Assembly (NCBI GenBank): GCA_012026655.1
Contig: JAAILG010000002.1
Span: 1-64,000 of the forward strand
Reading direction: 5' to 3'
DNA length: 64,000 nt
DNA from: Hydrolagus affinis
Lineage: Eukaryota
Shown here in pieces: positions 50,073 through 63,055 of the stretch. Numbering within the stretch: position 1 is the first letter of the stretch; the number at the start of each line of letters is the position of its first letter. The notes under the pieces were generated by a model. It was not told where the DNA came from, made no database searches, and saw only the letters and a program-made list of their open reading frames with translations. Both the position numbers and the translations under genes were made by a program.

Positions 50073-52383
50073 TCAACTCAACGAGACCACAGCACCTGCG
50101 CCAGCATTAATTGTCAACTGCACATAGTCAACCTAAATGTATTCTGCAGGTACCACAACTAACCATCAATTGTTCCTATATATCTGCAATAAAGAAGTGA
50201 AAAAGGTATCAACATTAACTTAACAACACAATCACTTTTTATTACAAGGAAACAGCGTTTGGAATGTCCTGCCGTGACAGGCAACAATGACCATATGAAC
50301 CTCCTTCTCATGCGTGAGAAGCAGACAGCACCATTATTACTAATATGGATATAAGTGAGCTTTTATATGCTTTTGAGGCAGGGCTAGCTTTTTCATTACG
50401 TCCCATTCCACCACTCCGTGTCTCTCAATTTAAGAGAGAGACATCTCCGCTTGAAAACCACTTTGTGGTGCATCAAGGGTGGCCTCACCACTTAGCAATT
50501 CAATGCGTTGTATTAGTATATGAAATGAAAGAACGACAAAGTTTAGGCAAGGCATTTTTAGATGCTGCTCATGTCAGTCAACACACCCCCAATCGTTCCA
50601 ACATTATTGAGAAAGCCTATTTTAATTCAATCTCATTATTAATCCAACAAAGATATCATCTGGCATAGCAGAAATTATTAAACTGCATGGTCCAGGCTGC
50701 TTTAATATCCCCTCATATCTTACATGAAATTTATTTGATCACAGTATGCAGGCACCATCTGGAATGTCCCACTGCTCTAGATTAAGGTTACATATTCTAA
50801 GCAGGTAGAGCAACAGTCAGTGCATATTTAACTAACTTGTCACTTAGCGAGTTTAAATGTCAAGTTCTGGGAACTTAGATTCGGACTTGCATTGAAAGAA
50901 TTTTAATCGTGCCAACATACAGTGCTGCTCTTTATTGGTGCTGCAGCCTCTCATGCAGATTTCACCAGCTTCAGCCCTACCCCTTGGTGAGTAGAATGTC
51001 TTTCACCCAGGCCGTTCATCTTGAGTGTTTCTCCTCCTCACTGTGCAAGCTGAATGTTTAATCTGAGGCTCACAGCTCTTGCAAATTTAGCTATTTGATA
51101 AAACAATGAACTGTAGAGTGCACAGGGTTTATTTAATGCACGTTTATTTACTCCCACCAGGAACCATTATGTCAGGTTTGGAAAACCAGTGCATTACGTA
51201 TAGTGATATTCCGGTTTATCCCCAGGAATCAATAGCTGCTGCCTTCATCCTACCGACTGTATATTACAAGGATTATCACAGATTATTGCTGCATTACGAT
51301 GCACTTGAAATGTCGTCATTGCGAAACCTTTTATATAAATTGATGAGAACCTTGAGGCGGAAACTAAATTTCCACAAAATCAGTTTCTTAAATAGATGGA
51401 CATTAACCACCAGCTTGGATCTTCTGGTCAAAACACTTAACGCAATTCTTGGGTTCAGTGGCATAAATTTGTGCGCCTCACTGAAATGAAAGTCTTTAAA
51501 AACATTAGTGGAAGTCTGTAATTAAAAAAAACATCTAAGATCATAATCATGATGAGGTTTCTTCCACGATATCAGAGTTATAACAAATGTCAATGTGACT
51601 AGACTTGAATGAGAGACGTTATTAGCTTCAGGTGACGAGTAAATGTATCCATTTATATACAGGTATCAGGAGCAACAAGGTTATGATGTCTTTATGAAAC
51701 GTGATTGGATTGCAGCACTGCATACAGTGGACAATCCATACAAGAATGATTAATGCATGAACAATGTCCACTCAAGCAGTAGATCAGTAATAAAGGTATT
51801 AATTTGCCTGCAAACATTAAAGTACGCGCACTAAGATGGATGGAGAACCACTACAAAAGCACGGTAGTCAAATGCAGTGCATTAAATTCATTTATTACAA
51901 TGAATAAATAGCTTAATGATATTTGGAACGTTGAGAAGGCTCCAAGCATATGGATGATGTTTCGATGCGCGCAATCATCTTAGATGAACCTGAATTATGC
52001 AATTGCAATATTTGAAAGCATCGTAATTTCTGGCAGTGTTGAATACAATTTATTTTCCCGAGAATTGTTTTTGAAAAAAAATGCAAATTTGACCATAATT
52101 TGTTGCTGCGGTATTTTAAAACAAATAAATTGTTACGCAATACTTCCCCCCCCACAGAAAAAAACACAATAAAACCTCTGTCAGAAAGCGCACGCACACA
52201 TACGTATAAACACACACTCTCACACACGAAATGTCATGTCAAAGTCTTGTTGTACATTACCAGATAAATTGGTCTGAGTAGCTAAAAGTCAAATATTCTG
52301 TACAATAAACAATTTCAAGCCAAACGCTCAGCTCATTGCTGGCATATACAGATCGACGTAAACAGTATGTCTGATAATAATTC

Positions 52384-52500
52384 TTAATAATCCTTGCATT
52401 TTTGATAGCGGGAGGGTGTCTAAAAGCACTTTACAAAATTATGTGCAATGTGCAGTAACTGGAATTTGTAAATGAACAGCCGATTTCCACATAGCAAACA
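52384..52500 (-). mobile_element. Degraded SINE 3' half
   Basis: AATAATCCTTGCATTTTTGATAGCG...AAAGCACTTTACA. Confidence 0.6.
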
Positions 52501-52515
52501 ATTTCAATATTTTTC

Positions 52516-52789
52516 GGGTCCTGTAGCGCAGTGGTCAGGCAGAGTGAAACCTTGGGCAAGTTTTCTTACCCCACATGCCTGATAATAATCCTCCGAGAAA
52601 AGAAAACAATAAGAAATTGGTCATTTTTCAATCGCGACTATTTGTGGGACGCTGCTGTGCGCAAATCGGCTCCTGTGTTTCGCCCACAAGTAAACAGTCA
52701 ATTCACTTTATTGGAATATATTCCGTGAAGCGCTTTGAGATGTCTCGAAGACATGAAAAGCACTACATCAAATGCAGGGATTATTATTA
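52516..52789 (+). mobile_element. Young SINE with internal deletion of the tRNA region
   Basis: GTCCTGTAGCGCAGTGGTC joined directly to AGGCAGAGTGAAACCTTGGGCAAG (B box missing); body and tail intact. Confidence 0.9.
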
Positions 52790-53692
52790 GTATCTGGTCA
52801 ATAGGATTTACAGTATTTGCTGCTTAAGGTCAACATCTGCATTGTGCCAAGTACTGTATTCAGATTCAGACCCAGGTTTACAAACAAAATAATTCAGTAT
52901 TTTGGAATCACTGGAGAACAAAATCTACTGCAAGGAGAAACCAATTGATGTTCACAACCTGAGGCCTTTATTCAGATCTTTTCCAATGCTGCTTAGGTTT
53001 TGCTGAATTCCAACCGAAAATTACCTCCATTTTAGTATCTTAAGAGACTTTAGCCATCTCAAAAGTTATTCAGTTTACAGAAACTATACATTGCCATAGC
53101 TACGTGTCAATGTACAAAAGTAGTAACAGAATGACTTTGATTACTGATATTTTTTTTAGCTAAAATGTATCTCGAAAGCCTTTGATATCCAATCCATTAA
53201 TCTCCAAGGAACTGAGTGGCTAATCAAATCAGATGATACTTTCAGAATTCCAACTGAAACGTCTACACAGATTCAAAACAGATCGCAATTTTCATTTTAA
53301 AAAAAAGGGCCTTCTGTATTTGAGCCTTTATTTCAGTGTCCGTGGACACAGGCTAACGTTTCCAGGGGACAGGGATAAATCAAAGGGTCAGAATCCTTCG
53401 TGTTAAAAGTCACAGAAAAGCTCAACTGTTGTCCAGACAACTTCAGTTAGTAGCTGCCGGCATTCTTTAAAACAAAGAAGCTTAGGCAGCTGGAGCATTG
53501 TGCGTTGTATGATAATCTTATGATGGTAGATGATGGCAAACACTTTTAACTAAAAATTAATGATGGTTTCGTTACATACGTTGAGATTCAAGATGACTAC
53601 TCAAAATAAATGACTTTGTATTAGTGTGATCTCTGGGTATCGTGTGCAGTATATGATGGAATGGTTTCTGAAGATAAATCCCAACCCCTAAT

Positions 53693-53765
53693 CAGCGTCT
53701 TGGGACGTCCTCCCGATGTGACGTGAAGGGCGATCATTAAATGTAATTTTGTTGTTGTTGTTATT
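53693..53765 (+). mobile_element. L2-type 3' end with (GTT)n tail
   Basis: AGCGTCTTGGGACGTCCTCCCGATGTGACGTGAAGGGCG...AAATGTAATTTTGTTGTTGTTG. Confidence 0.8.
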
Positions 53766-53867
53766 ATAGGGATGGTTCCAATATAAACATCCAAATCTCG
53801 ATCCAACTCACTTCTGGTCTAGTACAGGTCCACAATAAACCTGTGCAAAACTGGAGCACATTTTACT

Positions 53868-53892
53868 GGGGTGGGGTGGGGTGGGGGTGGGG
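53868..53892 (+). repeat. (GGGGT)n run, G-quadruplex-forming potential
   Basis: Five G4-G5 tracts separated by single T. Confidence 0.8.
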
Positions 53893-55731
53893 TGCGCCCT
53901 GTACTTTTAAATCTGTGAAGGCAATGATTTGCGACTTCTTAATTATCAGTGGCAAATTCAAATGTCCTGTGGGATTTTTTTTTGTTGCTGTCATTTAAGC
54001 ACAAGTTCACTTTTATATTACTGGTACAAATTGGGAGCTCAAGCAACATGCCTCCGAGTCTCAACAGCCAAATATGCTTCAGTCAAAGCCACAAAAAAAC
54101 CCTAAAAATGAAAAACAAGTCAGCTCCACTCCAGAGATAGCAAATATCGGTCTGCTGAGCAAACCCCTTCACTTGTGTATTCCTGCCAAGGTCTCTATCG
54201 TAAATCTAAAGTTGTGAGTAGAGTAGATGCCCTTTTTTCTTTGATCAGAACCTGCTCAAGATGTTGTGGAAAAAGTTCTCACATTAGCGCTGCTCCATAA
54301 AAGATCACTGGCTCAATAAAAATGCACAGTATATGACCACTGACCTGTTCAATTATCTTACATCATTTTCTACTAGCGTTTTGGATGCAAGCAGAATTTA
54401 ACAATTTCTCTGGTTGCCACTGTCATTTTGAATTCCACTGCAGTATATCAGCTTGTATCATATACAATCTGCTGCCAAATAACAACTTTCCCATTATTTG
54501 CAGTGCAGGAGAATCAATAAGCACATGACCTCTGGGTTTAGTTTGTTACACAAAAGCTGTGTTGAGACAGTGAGCTATTCAAATCAGGTTTTGAATTAGC
54601 TGAGTTTTACACAAATTTGAATTCATTTGTGCACACTGCAGAGGCAAGGTTCCGTACACTGGCTTCATTTGAATCATTTCTTTCCCAAACCTCATCCAAT
54701 TTGAATTGATTCAAATAGTGATCGAGATAGAGAGAGGGAGAGAGAATCCAATTGTTCTCTATTGGCACAATGTCAAATAGATATACAGTACATTTAAAAA
54801 ATATATATATATGCAGAAAGGGGTACATTGCCTTAGCTGACTTAAGCCATCATTTTCATAACTAATAGCAAACGCACTGTACGGCCATTAATTAAATGCA
54901 AATACGGTGGCAGAGACTCAACATTGGACATTCGCCCATTTTTGCAATGTCATCAGTAACATTGTGCTCGTTTATAATTGTGCCCCACCATCATTAACAT
55001 GGTGACCAATTCTGAGCAAAGCTGCCAATAAGCTCTGAAAAAGAACAAAGTTCTCTTCAGAAGCTTTGTTCAAGCTCCAGTTGTATCTGCTGTTGGGAAC
55101 ATGTTTTGGATGTCAACCATACAATTAATTTTGCTTGGTTTGTTAATGACAGAACATCCCACATAAGGTTTATTGGGCAGTAAGAAATCCCATAAAGAAC
55201 AAAAATGTAGCAGAATGGGCATTGGGGGTGGTTGGAATAACTTTTGACAGAAATGACAAGCGACAGAATTGAATTCAGCACGAAGCCCCAAATACTTCCA
55301 AGTCTGTCTGCCCAACTGTTTTCCAGTGTTACAGTCGAGCTCAAGCAAGATTGGCTAAGGTCACATCACACGCCAGTATTAAGCTTAATAAAGTGCTATA
55401 CTTCGAAACTCCAGCGATTCTTTCTCCTTCCCCCATCTAAATTTAAAAAAAGCATATTGGTGTAGGATGGGCAACTTTTGATTGATTAACAGCAACGATT
55501 AAAGTGTTTGTTTGAATTGTTCTCTGCCAGGCTACAGCCTGGGAAACAATGTACAATATGACACAATGAGCGCAAATCACGAGTTTGGCATTTGAAATGT
55601 ATTCTGAATTCTGCTCAAACAACAGGTTGCCACTGAAAACACAACTCACCAGATGTTCTCCTAAATCAAATCCGTGGATTTCAGCTGTTAGACTGCTGGA
55701 CTTCATGTCATCTGATTCAGGGATTTTGGAA

Positions 55732-55790
55732 TACAACAACAACAAAATTACATTTATAGAGCGCCTTTCACTTTGGCAGGATATCACATA
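55732..55790 (-). mobile_element. L2-type 3' end
   Basis: (AAC)n AAAATAACATTTATAGAGCGCCTTTCAC. Confidence 0.7.
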
Positions 55791-56487
55791 CTACATTATA
55801 CATAGAAGGGACTGAAAACAATTACCAGGGAGGTCTAAATGTGTTTGCTGAATTCTCAGAATTCAGTAGGTACAACATTTTGCAGATCGGAAAATTGTAC
55901 CCCATTTAACAGGGTTAACAATGCGATTGAAAGAGTCTTTTGTGAGCTGAAATAGTCACAATGGCCAGTAATGAACAGGTAACCAAACAGGTAAACTGAC
56001 AAGAGATGTAACTAGCTGCAGAAATCAACCCTCCATTTCGGAGTTAATTAGTTTTCGAATGCATAGAGCTACAATTTCACTTAACCTCGACCTCCTGTGA
56101 ATTTGAAGCTTTTCTCTTAAGTAGATAGGCTAAGAACAGGGTCACAGTGGGAGATATTCTTTGTGGAAGAAAATGCCAATGTTCAAAAATATCTCCTCCC
56201 AATAGATTCCTTTTTGTCATTACTAAAATGAAACCACCGGCTTAATGATTTGTATTATCCCAGGGCAGGATGGGCGGCCCAATTTGCTTCACTGCCCCCG
56301 GGCGAAGAAAGGTGTAAAGCAAAAACAGTCAATATTTTCACTCTCGTCTACCCTTTCCAGGTCAATATTAAAGATTTCATGGCACACAAACAAAAGAAAA
56401 GGTTGTATCTCTCGATGTCCTGGTGATGGATCGAATAGTTATACATCTCACACCCATTTGTAGGACCTTGATATTAATATACAACAT

Positions 56488-56545
56488 TTAACAGCAACAA
56501 CAAAATTGCATTTGTGTAGCGCCTTTCAAGTTACCCCAAGGATGG
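56488..56545 (-). mobile_element. L2-type 3' end
   Basis: CAACAACAAAATTGCATTTGTGTAGCGCCTTTCA. Confidence 0.65.
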
Positions 56546-56934
56546 ACATGTCAATTATAGTGAAACACTTGGTTATTTTGTTGTGATAAGGTATTGTATA
56601 TACTGTATATAGATCAACATTGATCAAGGTCTTTGACGCGTCTGTGAACAAGAATTGGCACATTCTGAGAAGCGAATTGGCAGAGAAGCAGAAATCACAA
56701 TAAATTGATTTGGGTGTGTTAAGTTACAATAAAACGCACAAAGAACATAAATCCATCAGAAGTGCATTGAAAAAGTAACACATAGTAAACCGTCGAACCA
56801 CAATCAGTGATGGAGTGAGCAACAGATAAGACAACAGTTTCATTCTGAGCAATTTTTTTTCTAAAACCTTCAATAAGAATGTTGCAGTAGTTAAGTGGAA
56901 AATACACGGTCAAAACATTGGTATTCACAGTTTC

Positions 56935-57225
56935 TTCTCACAATTTTCTCCTCTCTGCTCCTGAAGATCCTGATTCATACTCAACTATAGTTCTAAGTCA
57001 CTGTTTGGCATGTATGAGGACAAAACACTGAGTGAGTATTGGCAGGCTATGAACTTTCCAACAGGCTGACAACTCCCACGTTAATACACGAGAACACATG
57101 CCAACTTCTGCCCCAACGGAGATGGGTGATCTCAGAATACACCGCCGATTGAACCTAGGACCTTTGTCTCTCTATGGTTCAATTTTGCTCTAGGCAGGGC
57201 CTATATCAACTAAGGTAGTCATTGA
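56935..57225 (-). mobile_element. Ancient tRNA-derived SINE-like element
   Basis: Reverse B-box-like AAGGTCCTAGGTTCAATC; ATAGCCTGC and GAATCAG.ATCT.CAGGA motifs shared in the same order with 17470-17565 (+). Confidence 0.55.
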
Positions 57226-57321
57226 GAGAGCGAAGAAAACCTTTGTAAAATGTATTTTTAATTCCCCCCCCCACCCCACTCATCCCACCTTTATGCTACA
57301 GATTGTAAAGTCTTGTAAAGT

Positions 57322-57679
57322 GAAGTCCTATAGCTCAGTGGTTAGAGCACTCGCCTTGCAAACGAGAGACCCAGGTTCGATTCTCGACAGGGCGAAATTT
57401 GGGCAAGTTTCCTTACTCCACACGCTTCCATTTACCTAGCAGTAAATAGGAAACTGGTTGTTAGTCAATTGTCAAATAGATTTTCCGGGGGTAATAATTT
57501 CTTTCCAAAATAAATAAGTCACTAAATTCATGACTGTTTATGGGACACTGCTGTGCACAATTGGCTGCAGCGTTTCGCCCACATAATATAGTCAATTCAC
57601 TTTGTATATTCCGCAAAGCATTTTGAGATGTCACATAGATGTATTAAAGCGCTATATCAAATGCAAGGAATATTATTAT
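57322..57679 (+). mobile_element. Full-length young SINE (long-centre subfamily)
   Basis: TAGCTCAGTGGTTAGAGCACTCGCCTTGCAAACGAGAGACCCAGGTTCGATTC (tRNA-Ala(TGC)-like), central TTTACCTAGCAGTAAATAGGAA block, tail. Confidence 0.95.
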
Positions 57680-59486
57680 GATTGACAAGCGTTTTAAGTC
57701 CTTTCTGTTCCTGTGACTCCAGTGTCAAAATGCCACTTGCAAATCTGGCATGGCATTTTTAAAACACAAGAATAGTTTCCAAGACTACCTCCAGCAAATT
57801 ATGCAGATAATTATTCAAATCTTTTATTTAATATGTGATTGATGGAAAAGTGTCCTGAAGTATGATATCTCAGAAGCAACTAAACAGAAATTATTGAATG
57901 TGTAATCTGATAGTTTGTTGGACAGAATCGTTCGCCTCTCAACCTATTTGCATTAATTTGTCTATCAATATTGCTTATTTTCCCATCTATAATTCTTTCT
58001 CTAACACATCTTTGTGAGAAAGAGTTCCTCCATACACTCGCGCACACTTGTGGGTATATAGTTTATGTTAGTGTGTCAACGCAGACATTCTAAAAGTAAC
58101 ATCAAGCATTTCCTTAATAAAAGTAGGCAACAGTTTGCTCAGCAAATATTGCCTGTTGTGTGTGCCTGTGTAGAATTTTGCTGTGCTTGTGGAAGTGGGG
58201 AAGTTTTTGGAGCATGGCAGATTAAATAGGAAGGAAGAAACGAACCTGAAAATTCAGGAAATGAATGAACTGACCTGAACGATCAGGAATTGTCCGTGAA
58301 AAATCAAAACAAATTGGAAGACATCAGGATTGATTCTGTACCAGTGACCTGTAGCGCAATGAAATGATCTTAGAAATGAAAGGAAACCCATTAGGATGAT
58401 TTGGGTTTACTTTGTATCTGCAAAACAGACAAATCACATCTCAATTTTGAACTGATTTTTTTTAAAAATAGTTGGCTAATAACTGGTTTCCTCCTTGGAT
58501 GCGCACATTAAACTACATAGGTTTTTATTTGTTGGGGGGGGTGGGGGAGAAAAAAAATGTGTAGAAATATAGAGACAGAATGAGACAGACACAAAGAGAA
58601 TTAGCATTCTTTGTCTACATACCTGCAAAGCACCTTCCAGATATGCTACACACCTTATTCTATACACCTTATTTAACACTTACTAGTGAAACATTTATGG
58701 TTTTACTTAATCACAGCATCCTCGAGGAAAAAGCTTCATAAATACAAATCCTTCTTTTGATTCTGAATGCACTCATTACAACTATTACAATTATACAAAT
58801 GTCTACAATGAGTTGTACTGACCACTCTCTTCCGACCAACCAATAGTACAATATAAGCAAAATGTGCGATCCCAGTTATGAAACACAGTGAAGTATTCTA
58901 AATGAATTTACAAGGGTATAATCTGAAATGACTCCCTCCTGACAAGATTTTTGCAGAGCTGCTTAATGTACTGCCTTATTCCTTACTCATTAATTTCTAA
59001 CAGAAAGTCCACTGCCGTGTTGTTTAATAGGAGTTTAAAGTGAATTTATTTTTAGGAGGCAATTTAAAGAAAGGTTAAATGATAATGTTTTCAGAATGAA
59101 TAGAAACACATTCAGTTTAAATTGTAGGTGGCCTCAGGAAATGCTATCAACTTACCAGTTTAAGTCCAGTTCCTTTTAGCCGATAGATCGATCAATAGAT
59201 CGATAGATACACAAATGCCCCATCTTTGCAGATACCTGTGCATAAAATTGTACTTGAAGTATCAAAAACTTTATGGTGCTTCCAATATTAAGGAGGTTCT
59301 CAATGTTTCTCTCTAGCATTAGTGGCCTGAAAGCATAGCAGCACTGCTATTTAAAAACAATGAGATGTAAATTTAATCGTGTTGGAGAGCGTAACGAGTT
59401 TAACAAAAGAAAAAAATCCATCAAAACTTCACAGGTATTAAGGGAATTTTGGGGTATATATGTATAGTAACCTGCTCTTAAATATG

Positions 59487-59560
59487 CAACAACAACAACA
59501 CCAACAACAAAATGACATTTATAGAGCACTTTTCACATCGGGAGGATGTCCCAAGGTGCT
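59487..59560 (-). mobile_element. L2-type 3' end
   Basis: (AAC)n AAAATGACATTTATAGAGCACTTTTCACATCGGGAGGATGTCCCAAGGTGCT. Confidence 0.8.
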
Positions 59561-61961
59561 GAGTTCTGGATGATCTGCAGCTTGTGAAGAGTTGGGAAGG
59601 CCGATGAAGGTGACGACAGTTCCAAACCAGCAAAAACATCAAGCGAATGAAGCTGAAGACACCTCCGTGAAGAATGGGCTTGTTTTTTGGTATACTGTAG
59701 AGCCTGTTAATACAGTTACTGATGGGTGCACTTTACTGCCCATTTTAGTGACAGAGTGTTCTTTCCACAGATTTTAGTATCGAAACCATAAGCTTTTGAA
59801 CCCCACTCTGGGCCATTTAGCAGCCACTTTACCGTTTTACAAACAGATTTACCAATTATGTTTCAACGTTCTTACTGTGCCGTGTCCGATCCTGAATAGG
59901 ACGATAACTGGATAAACTGGATGCTCAAATCTCTCCAGTGGAGGAAGGAAATCAGTAAACCAGTCACATCGGAGTGAAGCAGTATTTTCTTTGCTGGATG
60001 ATCAATACAGCGTCAGCTAATCCCTACTTGTTGCGCTGTTGAAAATCCCGCACTTCTTCCTCTGCACTGATGCTCGCTGCAGCCACTCAGATTACACATA
60101 TTAGTGTACTTACCTCGAGAAATATTTCGACCCCTTAGTGCCCCCTTTATTCTCAGCAGATACTTCAAGCGGTCAAGAGACAGAAAAGCCACAGCTCAAA
60201 CCATCACATCAACACATTGCACACATATGTATTGTATATACAATACATAGTGCCCTTCACATACAGTAATGTCTCAAGAGCGCTTGACAATATTAAACAA
60301 AGGAGGCACAACATGTCAGTGTTCCTGCCTTCAGTGGCATTACATCTAACACAAGGTTTCAATTGTGTATAATCTAAATTTTGGTCCCATCAAGTTTAGA
60401 TGGACATTGCAAGTTCCTAGTCTTAAGTTGTACTTTTGAGGGGAAATGCATCGAACTTTACTCCCTGAATTTCAAGACCACAGGAAAAGAAATCTGAGCC
60501 ACACGGCTATTTTCGTACTCGCTCTGATGAAGGCTGATGCGAGCACGACGAAAACTGCAGAGGTCCAAAAATCGAAATATCCAACAAAGATATGATCAAT
60601 AGGAGATGGTTAAAGAGATTTTCAGCACAAAGCATGATCCATCTCGCTGATCAAATATTCAGTGAACGTTGCTGGCCAAAATCCAAGTAAGGCAGCCCAG
60701 GCACAACATCATGTATAATTGAAACAAGACATTTGATTTTAACATTTGGGGAAACTTAAAAAAGTTTGTTTGTTTAAAAGCAAGGGACACTTTTGATACC
60801 ACTTAGTAATTTTTTAAAAAAAGGGGATTTAACCAAACTGTAAATGATATTCTACGGTGCAACAAATACAGCTGGTATTATCCTTTTAAAGAAAAGGTAA
60901 AGAACGATTTAGCATCCGTGCCAGTAAAGATGCCCAAACACAAAGTTTCACAGAGGGTTTAGATTCGCTGTTGACAATCTTAGTTTGCAAACTCTATTAG
61001 ATCAATGGATGGATGTCATGTGGTAAGATGACTTGACTCAGTGAATGGCTGCAAATTGCTGTATCCGGGTTTTTTTTTGTTCATCATCACTTGAGTAAGC
61101 TCCGTATTCTAGTTTGGCGGGTGAGTGGCGTTTCAAGACTGAGTTGAAAGACTGGAAGACTGGAAATATGAATGAACTGGCCTGCGTACCCAAAGATACA
61201 ATAGTTACTATAGCAATGATGGCCTTTATACCATCCTTATTCCCATTTTCTTCCTCAAAGATAACATTAGCTTCATTACTTTGCACTGCACAGAGCACAA
61301 GGGGTTTGAGAGGGTCACCTAGGGAGTTGAAATAAAATTCTTTGTTATGTCAGCACAAAGCAGCAAATGAAGCATGCAACTTATAGTACTTGACTTGGCG
61401 CAGTTTATACTATTAGAAGATAAAGCAATAAAAATTCAGCAGCTTTCCTTCATTAACGTTTCTGGTCTCCAGTAAAGCAGAACACACAAATTCAATCACA
61501 TTTATAATCAACTGGTCCCTCCAGATTTCTAAGTATTTTTCTATATTAGATAAGGATGCAACAATACACAATGTCTGTCTGTTAAAAAGATATTAGTTTT
61601 CTTTAATGGGAATGTTTTGCTGTCAGTAACAGTAACCTGGCTTGTACTTTCATTATTGTTTCAAATCAATGAAGTTTTCGATGGGAATAACCCGATTGTA
61701 CTCTGAAAGCTTGATATTTTATGAGACGTTAAAATTGGCCAATGATGGACTGTAATCACGATTCAAAGTGATCTCAAGTGAGCCAATATAACCTGAAACA
61801 ATTTTAAATAAGATAAAGCGTACTGAATTGAATGCGCCATTTACTCCTGAAAAGCCTGTCTTCCCTGTATTTCAAATACTGAAAAAGGTTGGGCAGAATG
61901 ATATGTTGGGCATTTATATTGCATGTTTCAAACTAAACGTCTGGGAAGTGAGAGACAGGGT

Positions 61962-61992
<31 letters not shown>
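61962..61992. repeat. (GA)n microsatellite
   Basis: Direct inspection. Confidence 0.95.
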
Positions 61993-61994
<2 letters not shown>

Positions 61995-62059
61995 GCTAAG
62001 ATGGAGATGCATTTTGCTGTTACCAAAGAAACTGATGAAAGTCTGAAACTAATAGGTCT

Positions 62060-62360
62060 CTGCCAGGTTCAACTGGTGGCAATCTCGTCTCTGAGTCAAA
62101 ACGTTGTGAGTTCAGACCTCATGTTACGCCTTTGGGCTCATGGACCACACAGATCCAACACTCCAATCACAAAGCCAGGAGAACACTGTGCAGTATTGTG
62201 GGAGACGCTGTTTGTTTTTCAGATGAAACGCTATACCACAGTATTTTTCTGCTTATTCAGATAGATGTTAAAGTACTATTCAAAAACAGAAGGGATCTTC
62301 TCCCAATGTTCTGGCCAACAAGGCTCCAGATAAAATTAGTCATTCACCTAAATGTTGTTT
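62060..62360 (+). mobile_element. Old Deu-domain SINE (3' truncated)
   Basis: TCTCGTCTCTGAGTCAAAACGTTGTGAGTTCAG head; TTTCAGATGAAACG...TTCAGATAGATGTTAAAG..CTATTCAAA..TTCTCCCAATGTTCTGGCCAAC Deu domain. Confidence 0.75.
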
Positions 62361-62861
62361 TACAAATCTAATAATCCCAGCTAGTGTAGCGACTGTGACA
62401 TAAGGAGGACTTCCTGGTAGGGCTTCAGAAGATTTATTATAAAGTGTAGTGATCGCATTTCTGTTGGCAAAAATGTGATCCACTGAAGGCCCCAGGGCAA
62501 CACAGGGACATGATTTGCAGAAAGCAACCAAATCCGGCAAAGCAATTTTAGTCATTATTGGCGTCCCGTTTGTTAACAAACACAGAAACAAGGATTGCCA
62601 AAACCTTTAACCTACAAAGACAAAGCCTCTTTAAATAAGAGTCTCAATTTCGACACGTTCTCAATTCCTAGATCAAATATTTGCTCAGGGAACGAAGGAA
62701 ATATGGTGTCACGTAGAAGACACACACTGGGTCTAACTTTATCCGGTTCCACTTGGTCATTCGAATGAGAAATCTCTTTGTAGAAGCAGAGCAGCAAAGA
62801 CTGTTCTTTCCTGTGATCAATCATTTAAACCCTTGTAAGTAAAAGGCAGAGCACACCAAAA

Positions 62862-63055
62862 TGATAATAATCCTTGCCTTCGATGTAGTGCTTTTCATGT
62901 CTTCTAGACGTCTCTAAGCGCCTCACAGAATATGTCGTACAACAACAACTTTGATTTATATAGCGGCCTCCACGCCGGATGGCGTCTCAGAGCGCTTCAC
63001 AATAGCAGATCCCAGGAAGTGAATTGACTGTATATTTGTGGGCGAGACAGTGGGC
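62862..63055 (-). mobile_element. Young SINE 3' half split by a nested L2-type 3' end (about 62941-63016)
   Basis: SINE reverse ...CACAGAATATGTCGTAC | AACAACAACTTTGATTTATATAGCGGCC...GAGCGCTTCAC | AAGTGAATTGACTGTATATTTGTGGGCG. Confidence 0.88.

Noticed and set aside
51660-51775. Very degraded CR1-like ORF2 relic
   Set aside because: Similarity too weak to support without an alignment
57322-57392. tRNA-Ala-like sequence
   Set aside because: Head of a SINE continuing into the SINE body; no intact acceptor stem or Pol III terminator
60111-60159. Possible 49-nt minus-strand micro-exon with strong AG|GTAAGT donor
   Set aside because: Weak acceptor (GAAG), frame-shifting length and unrecognised peptide
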